A DNA stretch of 64,000 nucleotides from Amoebophrya sp. A120 (GCA_905178155.1 CAJINV010000001.1:1787904-1851903); one strand, 5' to 3'; positions 51,799 through 63,164 are shown, counted from the first letter of the stretch. Notes: generated by a model not told the origin, from the letters alone. Program-made: numbers and translations.

Positions 51799-52478
51799 CT
51801 TCTTCGACTTTCATTCACATAAAGTAGATCCAGAAGGTGGCAGAAATATGAAACTCCTATCTAAAAGCAAAAGGCAAAAACTATAATGTAAACGAGATCT
51901 TCAGACCACGCCTTCGGAAGCCAGCGGTCTCGGCCAATTACGCGGATGCTAAGTGATCGAACGTCGTATAGCGTAATACTGATATTGATATTGTGCGGCG
52001 TATTTTTTATCCATATAGTGGTCTCTCTTGCTGATGTCGTACTGAGTCTGGGCATGAAAATCAGCGCCAACTGCTCTTAATATTGTACTGTAGGTGGTCA
52101 CCATTGCACACAAGCAACGTATATTTTTTCTATTTAATGCGAAAGGCACGACTAAGAAGTGAACTTGCAGAAGGACTACAATACGAGCAGGATCACGATG
52201 TCCACGCCTTTTTCCGCGATGTCACAATCTTGTGAACGACTTTGGAGCTGGAGGTATGACTATGACTACGAATTCGGATCACGACGAGGAGCTCCAGGAG
52301 CAAGATCTAAATTTAATTCTTTTAGATCGACCTTCCTTCCTGGAGCTGGAACACTGCGCCGCGATGAAAAAAAGAACCTGCCCGACGAGCAGGGACGTGA
52401 GTATCATTTTCGATATAGCCTTTGCGTAACACTGTCGCTACGTACGTAGTCAGTACGTAGCATCATCAGAAGTCATAT

Positions 52479-53555
52479 TCATATCCTTTTCGCGCGCACA
52501 CACCAATTTCCGGTGTCTAAGTACACTTCTTCAACAATGCTAATGTCGCTGAGGTGGTCCCGGAAAAGCGCCTCCAGTTCCCCTTCGCGGTACACGTGGC
52601 AGTACCGCTGGTAGATGATTGCACCCTTCTCCTTGTCCAGAACTCCCGTCGCCGCCTGGCTGTTTTTTTCGAGCATTTTTTCCAACACCTGTTCCCGGTC
52701 CACATCTTCCTTCTTCAGCCCCGGGATTTTGTGATGCCACTTGACCAGCACATCCTGCGTTTCGAAAACGTGCCGGGAGCACCCGGTCTCCTCCTGCTCC
52801 TGGGCCCAGGCGTAGACCAGGAAAAACCCCCCGGGCTTCACGACGCGGAGGCTCTCGCGGAGAACGGCCACGCGGCGATCTACCGTGGACAGGTGGTGCA
52901 GAACGGCGATGCAGATACTCGCGTCGAAGACACCGTCGCGAACGGGTAGGCTCACACAGTCCGCGACCGCAAAGTCAGCTGTGGAGTCGAGGAGTTGCGG
53001 CGAGTCGACGTGGTCCTCGTCCTCTGAGCTACAACCTTGTACTGCTGCCTGTGCTTGTTGTTCCTGTGCAGCTTCTTTACAACTACTTCGCAGGTTATCC
53101 ACCTTTGCTCGTTCTTCTTCTTTCGCTTTCCTCCGCTCACCTTTAAAATCCAGGCTCTCGATTTTCGCCGCCGCCCCGACAACTAGCGGTCCGGAGATGT
53201 CCGTGCCCAGGAAGAAGCCCACGTTCTTTTGACAGTCACGAAGCCCCGCTATCACGTTTTTTCCGTTCCCCATCCCCAGATCCGCTACACACGCGTATTT
53301 ATCCAGTCGTTCGAGAAACTCCGCCACTCTTGGCCAGGCCCGATACCGGGTGTGGCTCCAGTGGTCGGCGATCGTGTCGTAGACCGCGTGCACGTGCTGC
53401 TTTTCGATGTCCGGCGCGAGCCGCACGTTGCTTTTGTCGTTGTCGAGGAGGTTGAGGTGGAGCGGCGTGGTCTTCTGGGGCGGCCCCTGGAGCGGTGCGC
53501 CCGTCTTGTTCAGCCGAACTTTACTTGTGGCGTTCGTCATTTTCATCAATTCCAT
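52479..53555 (-). CDS. Trm9/ALKBH8-type tRNA wobble-uridine methyltransferase domain protein
   Basis: EKQHVHAVYDTIADHWSHTRYRAWPRVAEFL, DLGMGNGK, FDASICIAVLHHLST, LVYAWAQEQ, QDVLVKW, YQRYCHVYREGEL, GNWCV. Confidence 0.9.
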   Translation of the reverse strand: MELMKMTNATSKVRLNKTGAPLQGPPQKTTPLHLNLLDNDKSNVRLAPDIEKQHVHAVYDTIADHWSHTRYRAWPRVAEFLERLDKYACVADLGMGNGKNVIAGLRDCQKNVGFFLGTDISGPLVVGAAAKIESLDFKGERRKAKEEERAKVDNLRSSCKEAAQEQQAQAAVQGCSSEDEDHVDSPQLLDSTADFAVADCVSLPVRDGVFDASICIAVLHHLSTVDRRVAVLRESLRVVKPGGFFLVYAWAQEQEETGCSRHVFETQDVLVKWHHKIPGLKKEDVDREQVLEKMLEKNSQAATGVLDKEKGAIIYQRYCHVYREGELEALFRDHLSDISIVEEVYLDTGNWCVRAKRI

Positions 53556-54384
53556 AGAAGAAGTAGACTTGTTCTCGATGTGCTACTTGGGGAGCAGATC
53601 TTGGTCTAGCGATAAACTACACAAACACATCAAAACAGAAAAGTTGAGCGTAGGTGGTCGACTCGTTATGGGGCAGGCTCGTCTACAAGATGGGAAAGTG
53701 CCGCACTGTGACAACAGTACATGGCAGCTCGGTAGATATTATCCAAGGTTGTGGTTGATGTGGGTGGAGCGTAGCTACGGTCGCTGTAATTATGGAAGGA
53801 AGAGGAACGTTGTCACCTTAGCCTTGGAATGTCAACAACATGGAGTCTAAATCCAGAGGAATGCAGTACTTTCAGTTGGATCTTCAGATCGATTCTTGAA
53901 CATTTTTTGGGAACTCCCTTGCTCATTGATCGTGACCGTAGAAAGTTTTCTTGATCTGCTCTCCATGATCCTTTTTCTGGTCATCTCCAGCTCCAAAAGA
54001 TCTTGTATGATCGACGAGGTAGTAGAGATCATCCTGTTTCGCTTTCGCTTTGCGATGTGACCGAACTTCTGTCGTCAGGAGAAAACACGAAAAAAACTGG
54101 GCACTTGGCCAAGGCCTCACTCACAGCCAATCCCAATTCGATATTCATAGATCTGTTTACACGAAGACACTGTCGCTTCGGCTATCTTTGCGCCGTCTAC
54201 TAACTTTTTACAGATACAGTTTGGTCGTTGTTCATTACGGTTTTTACTCGGTTGTGAATAGAAAGGAAAACTACTACTTTGTCGCCTATTGTAGAAGAAA
54301 AAAGTTTCTCCTCATCTCAGAAGCCACAAATGGAGGAAATCGAAGCAAAACTCGGATCTTTGTCGAGCACGAATGGCCATTCTG

Positions 54385-57300
54385 CTATTTCTTCTTGCTT
54401 TTGGCCAAGGATTTTCTCGCTTTGTGCTTTGCTTTCGGTACTGCCTTCTTGGATGTCGTCTTTTTGACTGCTTTGTCCTTCTTGGTGACAGTAGAAGCAG
54501 CAGTGGCACTTTTTGGTTTTGCGTTGCCCGCAGTGGCCAGCGGCAGTTTAATTCCTTTTGTACTTGTTGTGGTCTTCCTCCCCTTATTTCCATCTTTGCT
54601 CGATGAAAAGCCGGAAGAGTCGTGCTTGGCTTTAGGTCTTCCTTTTGCAGAGCTGGTAGGCAAAGACTTTCGTGGCTTCAGCACGGCTTTTGCGGAGGCT
54701 GCGGATGATGAACATGAACTGGAGGTACCAACTTTGTTCGCCTTGTTTTTCAGAAAGCTCTTGCTCGAACGAGGAAGTGGACGGAGTTTATTTTCGCGTT
54801 TATTTTTCCCGACATCACCGACACTAGTACTAGTTCTCCCTTCCTCATCCCCGCTCTCCGTTTCCACTCCACCGTCGTCGCACTTCCGATTTGGTCCACG
54901 CCTCCGCTTCGTTTTCCGCGTGGCGGAGGCAAGAAGTTCCTCCCCTGTCTTCATTTCGTTGATCACATTCCGGAGGAGTTCTTTGTCGTTGTCGTTCTCC
55001 AAGAAGAGGGTTGCTTTAGCGTTTGTGACGGACGTCGAAGAAGATAGGGTCATCTGTGGCCGCTTTTGTTCAGCGTCAGAAAATAAACGCGTCGTGGTGC
55101 TCGCGCTTTTTGCCACCATCTTGTTGTTCAAGAAGGGTTCCTTGTTCAATGTTCTTGCGCCCCCAGCAGCTGCACTGTTGCTTGGTTGGCAATCTGCACT
55201 GTCGCTTGGACCACCAGCACTGCGATCTACCTCCTGCGGGACGATTTTCTGCTTCGTTACAGAAACCGCACCATGAAACGGGTCGAAGAACGACGACACA
55301 CTTCGGCGCAACCGGCAATACACAGCATCCATCACCATGGCCATCTCCATGTCCGGCGTCAGAAGGTTCAGATTCCTCGCCCGCCACAGAGCCACTTGCT
55401 CTTCCGTTCGTGTCTTTGACGAGAGCTGCACGGTGGGGAAGGGTGGCGCTGGTGGCCTTGATGAACTGGAGGAAGAGCTAGATCCTACACGTGAAGATGA
55501 AAGAGGTGCTTGCGCATCCAGTTTCTTTCCCTCACAGGCCGCAAAGTCAGAGTCGGAATCCATGTCCACTAGGGATGGCATCTTAGAAGAAATAAGATGT
55601 TGTCTATTTCTTCCTTCGCCTACTTCCATGACTGGCAACGTTCCCCTTTCAGAAAAACAAGTAGGGGCTTTTGATGATGATGACGATGAACCGCGTGCCG
55701 CAGAAGTAGTTGGAACAAACGTTGTATTTGTTTCGACGTTCGCTTGTCGTTCGAAATTTCGTCGCAGGAAGGGGGGACAGCCGAAGGACTCGAGCAAAGG
55801 GTCTGCCACAGGCTTGTTCTGTCGCTGCAGGTCGTTTATTTCAAACTGCCTTGCTACTCCGAAGCTGGACCTGGAGGTTGATTGCGGGACTTCGCGATGA
55901 AGTAAATTGCCGGCATTCATCTCGTCCGGCGCTTGGTCATAGTCCTGCAGTGGTCCCCGTGGTCCCGACGATGATGACTGCTGGATCATCGATAGAAAAC
56001 CTGGCTCTCGGTGGCTGGCAGTAGAAGGCAGAACGCTGTTGCTCTTGTGATGTGAAATCGAGGGAGATCCGGTACGCACTCGTACAGATGAAGACGACGT
56101 CGAGAGCGGTTGTTTAGTTGCCGTCTGGATGCTGCTACCTTCTATTTGCGGCTTCTCCACCTGCTCCTGTCCTCGATTTTTATTGAACCTTGTCAAAAAC
56201 ATCCCGCACTCTTTTTTTCTCCGTTCTTTCAGTCGGTGTAGCAAATTATCAACCTTGACTGCGAATAAACTTGTCGCATGCTGAAAAACTTCTCCATCAA
56301 CAACATCTTGTTCTCCGAGAGCATCATCATTCTTCCGCTTGTCAGAATCCTCCCGCAACGTTTTCGAACCCCAACCGGTGTTCTCACTCCGTCGCTTGTT
56401 CCGCTTCGCAGCTTCTACCGGCATTTTTGGCGGAGCCGGCTTACCCTCTTCGCTTTCGCTGTCACCCATGATATCCTCGTCGCTTGTGTGCATCACGAGA
56501 TCGAGACCGAGGTCAAGCTGTTTCTTCTCTGCACGCTTCGCGTCTTTCTTTTTCTGATCGTTTTGGTTACCACTCAACTTCTTCTGCTTCTTCCACCCAG
56601 GAGATGTGGACGAGGCTGTAGCGCTTTGACGACCCGTGTTGTAGTTATTCTTTTTATGTCCTCTTTTGCTTGCGTAGTCCTTTTTTCTACGTTTCGCAGT
56701 TTCATATTCATCGTCCATTTCGTCCTTTTCTGACTCTAGTTCATCTTCACTGTTGGAAGTAGATGATGAAGAACTACACGATGAAGATTCATCTTCCGAC
56801 ACGTCCACTATCCCGTATTCCCCCACTGCCTTCTGCCAGAAAGCCTGGATTTGCGCATGTTTCCGCTTCTCCGCTTGGACCTTCTGTTCCCGAATCAACT
56901 CCTCGACGTAGAACTGCCTCTGCGCGTCTTGGTTTTTGTCCGCCACGTCCAACAACGCCGCCGCGATCGTCTTCACGCACACCTGCCCCACCGGCAACAC
57001 CGCGGGCTGCACCGCGCCGCGTTTTTTCTTCGGCATCTCCACCGCGGTGCCGTCTTTGAGCACAGCGACGCGCGGGTTGTTGTTGAAGGGGTCTTTCTTC
57101 CCCGACCGTTCACGCCAGGGAATGACGTCTAGAGGAAGGTTGTGGGACCGCGCGACCCGGCGGTGGAACTGGAGCAGTCGGCCGAAGTGCTTTATCGAGA
57201 ACATCGCGACGGAGGGAAAGCAGTCGTAGGTCTTTTTCGTCTTCTTTTTGTACACCATTTGCTGCCAGGCCAGCGGGGCGGACACCGTAAACAGCATCTG

Positions 57301-59877
57301 CTTCACCGCCTGCCACTGCGAGCTGAACGTGCTGTAACCGAGCTGCGCGTACTGCATCATCTTCGCACGGGACAAAAACGTCCGCCCGAATCGCAGCTGG
57401 CTCGCCGCGAGCACGCAGGCGGGAATCCGCAGGGCGCCCTTGATGTGCCAGGGCCCGGGACGGAGCTCCCGGAAAATGTTCACGAGCAAAAACGCCAGGT
57501 CGACAATGGCTTCCTGGTCGGACTGGGGTAGTGGCGGATGTTGTTGATTGGAAATCGTTAGTGTGGAAGTAGTGTTGGTTGACGTGGAGACTAAGGCCTT
57601 GCTGCTCGTTTTAGCTTTCGACGTTGCGGACGAGGTGCCCATTCCTGGAAAAGTAGACCTCGCCGCTGTTGCCGCATCTTCGTCCTCCAAAAGTAGATCA
57701 GCCTTCTTTCCAATCTTACCTCCAGAAGAAGTTCTTCGTCCCTTTGGCGTGCTATTCTTCTCGCCATCAGGAGGGCTCGCCTGCTCAAAAAGCATATCAA
57801 AGTCATCCTCTCCGGCATCTTCATGCGCAGCGACACCGTGCGCTGCAGTAGTGCCAGCCGCTCCTATGGTCCCGCCCGGAGATGAACAAGCTGCAGCCTT
57901 CGTGCTGCCTACGATTTCCGGGATGCAGCGCACCAGATTCCAGATCAATTCTCGGATTTCCGCTTTCCGATCCGCGTCCGCAATGGGCATTTCCAGACCC
58001 AGCTCCGCGTGCAGTTTGCGGATCGTCCTCTGCTTTCCCGCGACAGAAGTAAAGCCGGCTTCATGATCCTTCATTTTTTGATTCTGATTGTTGTAGCGGT
58101 AATTATTGTTCGATGTTGAAAATTCCCCGATCGCGGCAAAACCAGCACGCTTTTTTCCCCGGCGCGCGGACTTCCCGTGGCCGAGTTTTGCGCAGCACTG
58201 CTGCAGCGACCAATTGCGGTATCCGTGTTTGTTCAGAACCATGTAGGTGACGGGAACGACCGTGCTTTCCACACTTTCCCCTTCCAAATTTCCGCCGGAC
58301 CGCACGTACTGCGAAATTTCGTGGTGCAAGTGCGCGGGCACGCCCGCGCGCGTCAGCCGGGTTGACAGTTTCCGCTGCTGGTCGAGGTTTAATTCTAAGG
58401 GGATGTACTTGCTTTGGTTGATCCACTCATTTTTTTCCGCTTTAGCGAGCAGCTTTCGGAAGGAATTCGACATGTGCTGGTTGTATTTCTGTTCCTCGAG
58501 TTGTAACAGAAACTGCATTTTTCGGTCCTGCACTGTCGGGAGGTTAAAATAAAGGCAGTTCTCCACATTCTGCGCCAATTTCTCCTGGATAATCCGCGTC
58601 TCCTTTGCAATCACGCGCCTCGTCGAGCTGGGCAGCCGGGTTGTACTTTTCGTGCTGATTGTCGTAGCTCCTGTTGGTGTAGTTGTGCTAGTTGTGATGC
58701 CGTCAACAGACGTTCTAATTCTCGGGACATCAAGTACTAGAGCCTTGCTGTTTATTTTCGGGTCGTTTGCTCGCTTGTCCAAAAGTTTTTGATCTTCCTC
58801 GCCTTCGGAGTCGGTGAAAAAATTAGTGTGCGCAAAGGGGTCAGCATCATCTTCGTCGTCCTCGAGTACTTGGAAGTACGCGTCAACGTCGTCCCTACGA
58901 AGATCTTTCTTCGTCTTCAACGCGAAAACATCTTCAACGGAAGATGGGTGGTCGTGTATTTTCCCGGGAGGTTCTTCTTCTTTCCTTTCCGCCCCCACCT
59001 CGTCGTCTGGAAAGTCAAAGATCGGCGCCGGGGTGACAGCCAAATTCTCATGTAGCCCTTCCAGTTGCTGGTCGTATGCGGCCGCGGTTCTGGATCCGGG
59101 CGCGTGGCCGAAAATTTCCGCCGTGGCACTACCGTCTGTGTATTGCCCAAAAACAGTGAAGCCACCGACAACAGTAGTTGCAGATCCGAGGGCGTAGTAC
59201 TGGTCGTGCGGCTGATCTTCTTGTCCATCAAAAGCTCCCACCATGCCCGGCGTCGTCGCACCGCCCCCGGCACCGAACATTGAGCTACCTTCCACGACGG
59301 TTGTGCCCCCTTCTGCACCACAGTAAATTCCAGGCGTCTGTGCCGCTCCGTCTTCGATCGCAAATAGTGGACGAGCTGGCGCTGTTGGTCCGTCAGGAGC
59401 TACCAGTGAGGAGATCATGCCGTTCATTTCTCCAGCGGAGGATGAAGATGAGGATGCTGCAGAGCCGGTGGAAGCAGCAGGAGCACCTGCTCGTCCATGA
59501 CCCCCCGTAATATGGCCGCTCCTGTTGTCTTCCACATTTTTTCGCCGCTTCGTGTGCCTGTCGTCCGCAACTGCGTCCTTGGTCTTCTCCTCTTCTGGAA
59601 AAAACTTCTGATTGCGCCAGCGCTTCTGGACGTGGAGCGGTCTCCGCTGCACCCATTGCTGCTCGAGAGTGTGGTAGAGGTCATCCACTTCTATAGTGCC
59701 ATCGCTTTTCATCAGCCGTGGCTCGACGACGACCTTTGTCAGGCCTGATGTCGTCCCGCGCCTCGATGACGCGACCGTTGTAGGTCGTTTCCCCGCCGAA
59801 AGTGCTGGCGGAGACTTCTGCGATGGGGAACTGCGACCAGGCATGACGAAAGGATTCTTCTGGTCGTCGAAGCGCAA
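54385..59877 (-). CDS. 1830-aa low-complexity protein, possible TFIIB/BRF-like cyclin repeat and basic C-tail
   Basis: Single long ORF with blocks of high GC3 codon usage. The segment IPACVLAASQLRFGRTFLSRAKMMQYAQLGYSTFSSQWQAVKQML is only suggestive. The C-terminus is K/A-rich. Confidence 0.6.
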   Translation of the reverse strand: MRFDDQKNPFVMPGRSSPSQKSPPALSAGKRPTTVASSRRGTTSGLTKVVVEPRLMKSDGTIEVDDLYHTLEQQWVQRRPLHVQKRWRNQKFFPEEEKTKDAVADDRHTKRRKNVEDNRSGHITGGHGRAGAPAASTGSAASSSSSSAGEMNGMISSLVAPDGPTAPARPLFAIEDGAAQTPGIYCGAEGGTTVVEGSSMFGAGGGATTPGMVGAFDGQEDQPHDQYYALGSATTVVGGFTVFGQYTDGSATAEIFGHAPGSRTAAAYDQQLEGLHENLAVTPAPIFDFPDDEVGAERKEEEPPGKIHDHPSSVEDVFALKTKKDLRRDDVDAYFQVLEDDEDDADPFAHTNFFTDSEGEEDQKLLDKRANDPKINSKALVLDVPRIRTSVDGITTSTTTPTGATTISTKSTTRLPSSTRRVIAKETRIIQEKLAQNVENCLYFNLPTVQDRKMQFLLQLEEQKYNQHMSNSFRKLLAKAEKNEWINQSKYIPLELNLDQQRKLSTRLTRAGVPAHLHHEISQYVRSGGNLEGESVESTVVPVTYMVLNKHGYRNWSLQQCCAKLGHGKSARRGKKRAGFAAIGEFSTSNNNYRYNNQNQKMKDHEAGFTSVAGKQRTIRKLHAELGLEMPIADADRKAEIRELIWNLVRCIPEIVGSTKAAACSSPGGTIGAAGTTAAHGVAAHEDAGEDDFDMLFEQASPPDGEKNSTPKGRRTSSGGKIGKKADLLLEDEDAATAARSTFPGMGTSSATSKAKTSSKALVSTSTNTTSTLTISNQQHPPLPQSDQEAIVDLAFLLVNIFRELRPGPWHIKGALRIPACVLAASQLRFGRTFLSRAKMMQYAQLGYSTFSSQWQAVKQMLFTVSAPLAWQQMVYKKKTKKTYDCFPSVAMFSIKHFGRLLQFHRRVARSHNLPLDVIPWRERSGKKDPFNNNPRVAVLKDGTAVEMPKKKRGAVQPAVLPVGQVCVKTIAAALLDVADKNQDAQRQFYVEELIREQKVQAEKRKHAQIQAFWQKAVGEYGIVDVSEDESSSCSSSSSTSNSEDELESEKDEMDDEYETAKRRKKDYASKRGHKKNNYNTGRQSATASSTSPGWKKQKKLSGNQNDQKKKDAKRAEKKQLDLGLDLVMHTSDEDIMGDSESEEGKPAPPKMPVEAAKRNKRRSENTGWGSKTLREDSDKRKNDDALGEQDVVDGEVFQHATSLFAVKVDNLLHRLKERRKKECGMFLTRFNKNRGQEQVEKPQIEGSSIQTATKQPLSTSSSSVRVRTGSPSISHHKSNSVLPSTASHREPGFLSMIQQSSSSGPRGPLQDYDQAPDEMNAGNLLHREVPQSTSRSSFGVARQFEINDLQRQNKPVADPLLESFGCPPFLRRNFERQANVETNTTFVPTTSAARGSSSSSSKAPTCFSERGTLPVMEVGEGRNRQHLISSKMPSLVDMDSDSDFAACEGKKLDAQAPLSSSRVGSSSSSSSSRPPAPPFPTVQLSSKTRTEEQVALWRARNLNLLTPDMEMAMVMDAVYCRLRRSVSSFFDPFHGAVSVTKQKIVPQEVDRSAGGPSDSADCQPSNSAAAGGARTLNKEPFLNNKMVAKSASTTTRLFSDAEQKRPQMTLSSSTSVTNAKATLFLENDNDKELLRNVINEMKTGEELLASATRKTKRRRGPNRKCDDGGVETESGDEEGRTSTSVGDVGKNKRENKLRPLPRSSKSFLKNKANKVGTSSSCSSSAASAKAVLKPRKSLPTSSAKGRPKAKHDSSGFSSSKDGNKGRKTTTSTKGIKLPLATAGNAKPKSATAASTVTKKDKAVKKTTSKKAVPKAKHKARKSLAKSKKK

Positions 59878-61013
59878 CCGGGCGGGCGATGGCGATGGCC
59901 AAGTACAGAGGCCCGCCTAAAAATGATTGTCGCCGCCTAGATCATCTTTTCCAGCAATTAGATCCAGCCACATGAAGATGCCATAATCATAGATACATAA
60001 ACTGACTGTCCTGAACCACTGCCAACGAAATGCGTACATGCTTAAGGTGGTGATACACTCTGAAAATGGACGGGCTCCTTTTCTTCATGATACGAAAAGA
60101 AAAGAATAAATATACTTCGGACGGCCTAGATTGTTTCCCTGCGATTCAAATTTAATATTATGATGGCTTTGTTGTATTGGCCTTCATTCTAGAACAACTC
60201 CAACACCAAAGAGAAATAGAAGATTTCATGTGACAAGAGGAAGAGCCATACTCTCTTTAATGATCGTTCTTCTTTTTGTTGGAGGTTCAATGGCATTTGA
60301 AGGCAGACATAAAGATCGTTGATTCATAGTGGTGCTGGCGAACGATCATCTTCACGATTTGAATTTAGAATATTTAGATCTCTGCTATCGAGGAAACAGG
60401 TGTGATCGTGATCTTGGTCTTCAGCTGATTCGATGGATTCACAGGAACAGGCGCAGCGTGGGGGCGTCATGTACAAACACACTCCCTACAAGGGAAGGAA
60501 AAAACTCAGAGAGTACCATGTGCCAGTGTGTTTCTCTTGTGTTGAGGATGGTGCTTATCTTGATTTCTTTTCCGTTTTGCAGACAACAGTTTTCATGATG
60601 AAACAAAAATCGATTGCTTGGTTTGCGTTTTGCAGAAGGTCGTACATACAGAGTACGAAACCGCGAAAATACAGCTAGCAGAAAGTGTCAGTGCATGGCA
60701 AAAGGCCACTGCGAGGAGAACCCTCGGAGCCACGGACCGTGCGACAGCAGATGCAGATGGCAGAAACTTCTATACACGGATGAAACGGGTCGCTTCCGAC
60801 TTCTAAAGAGATGCTGGCTGCTCATCTCAATGTTCATTTGTGCTCAGATGTGAAATAAAAAACAAGCGTGTACAACACGGCTATTGTGTCTCTGCTCTAG
60901 AAGACAAGCAAAACAAAGGAAAGGGAAACGAGCTAGAGCTAGACGAAGCGAAAGGGAATTCTGGTGTTCGGAAATAACAAACTCTGCTGTTCTACTTGTT
61001 TGAAGACGACCCC

Positions 61014-63164
61014 TTATCCGCAACAGATCCCCCTTCTCTTGTTTTTCTTTTGCTTCCACACGTTTTGCTTCAGCTGGGTCTTGCTGAGGTCATCGAAGGG
61101 CATATTGCCCTGTTGCAGGGGGGCGCCGCCCACCACGTACTCCAAGCCAGCCTGCACGAGGCCCTGTCGGATAGCATTCCCCGCCCGCGCCAAGCAATTT
61201 GCGTCCTTCATGATCTCGCGATCCGCGTCCTGGGGCAGCACCTGGAGATTCAGGGTCTGCGAGCTCACCGCTATCGCGGCAAAGGAGGACGCGAAATGCA
61301 AGCAGTTGGACGAGAGCAGGTCGTACCCGGAAGCGATGTCCTGGTGCTTGTGAATCACCACGTTCGCCAGGTCGTAAAAATCCTTTGGAGTTTTGTCGGG
61401 CAGCAGGTACCCGAGTCGCGCGTAACTGTACATCTGCCCGTGAGCGGCATCCGTGCCCGGCACCGGGTTGCTGTACACATTCGAGCCGCCCCGGGCGACT
61501 TCCATGCGCAGAGGTATGCGAAGGGAGAAATGAGTCGAAGGAAAAACTACGCCAAGACCAAACTACAGCAATAAAAGTTGTTCATGCACTATCTTCTTTT
61601 CTGCCTCGGGGACACGGACACAGTCATTGCATTTCTAGAAGAAGTAGACCGACCCGTAGGACGCTGGCCTCTCGATGACAATGAATTCGAATCATTTTTC
61701 TCCGGATAAACACTTTCATTCTGTTGCTGGGGAAGTCGACAACGGGGAAGTCCATCAGAATGCTACCATGATGGGCGCCAACCCCGCCCAAAAGCGGATT
61801 CCCGCCGAGGTTGTACTTCGCAAAGTGCATCACACCTGAAGATATTCTAATTTTCAACGACTGCTAGAAGTACAGCATTCCTGTCTATTATCGGACACCG
61901 TCTCTATGATGCGGAAGCATGACGCGCTTATCGTACGAAAAAAACGCAAACCCAACAACATGTTCACTTTTTCGATAATTGCAATTTGCACAAAAACCAA
62001 GTCAGCACCAAGTTAAAGGCATTAAAGCTGCAGTACTTCTATACCGAATTTGTTCTGCAGCAAGTCCATGTTGATCTGGGCCTCTTCTTGACTTTCGCAA
62101 GCTTTCGACGCCAACGTTACATAGTCCTCGAAATCGGCAATATGGTGTTGGCAAATCATTTTCTTCCCTGACCATCACCGTTCCTCTTGATGTGCGCTAT
62201 TGAACAGAACACGACAACGAAATTAAGAAGCAACAAGTTGCAGTATTCTAAATTAATAAAAAAAGCGGGAGTCCCATCCATGAAAATACCTGCGAAGGCC
62301 AATACATGGCGGTTTTTTTTCGTGCCTTTACTTCCAATACCTATCTTTCTAAATCGCTCAGAAAAAGCAGCCATCAAGCTCGGAACGGTGGAAGATACGC
62401 AACCATCGAAAAATTCCTGCAGCATAAAAAATCTGGGGGTTTAGTGCCGCAGATGGCGGTCGGAAGCTGCTCCCCGGTGGCACGGCAAACCGCATCCCGT
62501 ATGAACTGCAAAAGTATCGCACTTCTCGTATAAATGCATTTACAAATTAAAATTTCCTCAGCATGAGAAATAAAATTTGTAAATGCAGATTTGCCCTGGG
62601 AACAAGATTTGTAATGCAAGGCTTGGATTTCTACGAGTACTTTACTTTTGCACAGGATATCCCGGCGAAGGCTGCAATGACCGTTTTTCCGGCATGAAAC
62701 ACCGCATAGTCGTGCGCAGGCCATCGAAAATTGAACAGCACCAATCTGGTCGGGTGCTGCAAGGAAAACTGGAGTGGTAGCGAAAAATCCGGGCCCGAAA
62801 TAGTACGGCGGGACTGAAAGAGGTACATTTGAGGCGTAATGGTCACTTCCTTTTGCGACTCGTCCGGGGAAGCAAACTTCACTTTAAGGTTCACCCTGGA
62901 CTCTCTCGCTGACGCCGGCGCGCTGTGGCGGTGGCTCCGCACGACGGCACCTGTGTTACCAAGCTGCTGCTGCTGCTGCGCGAATATAGACTGCAGCAAG
63001 GTCTGAGACGCAGCCGTGGCAGGAGCTGGTGCTGGGAAACAAGATAAGAGCAACGCGATGACGGAAACCACAGTGCTTGTTTTAGTGCATAACAATCCGG
63101 ACGAGGAGGACCGCAAACTCGTCCACAATTGCACGTCATTCACGCGGCCCCGCTGATACTTCAT
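61014..63164 (-). CDS. PPPDE/DeSI-like cysteine peptidase domain protein, multi-exon; 5' structure uncertain
   Basis: YNLGG...GAHHGSI (catalytic His region) and YDLLSSNCLHFASSF (NC-x-HF Cys motif). Upstream exons include a hydrophobic VVSVIALLLSCF stretch; their linkage is inferred. Confidence 0.55.
62500..62659. mobile_element. Introner (160 bp), TCCCG TSD
   Basis: TATGAACTGCAAAAGTATCGC vs rc TATCCTGTGCAAAAGTAAAG. TCCCG at 62495-62499 and 62660-62664. Shares TACTTTTGCACAGGATA with 16375-16538. Removal gives AFAG-MRFAV in frame. Confidence 0.85.

Noticed and set aside
54050-55276. 408-aa + strand hydrophobic ORF and similar + ORFs (e.g. 38736-39638, 223-996)
   Set aside because: Antisense shadows of K/E/S-rich minus-strand genes, with no recognisable domains.
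61928-61978. Short TTATCG...CGATAA inverted pair in a PPPDE gene intron as another introner
   Set aside because: Too short, with no TSD and no internal motif.
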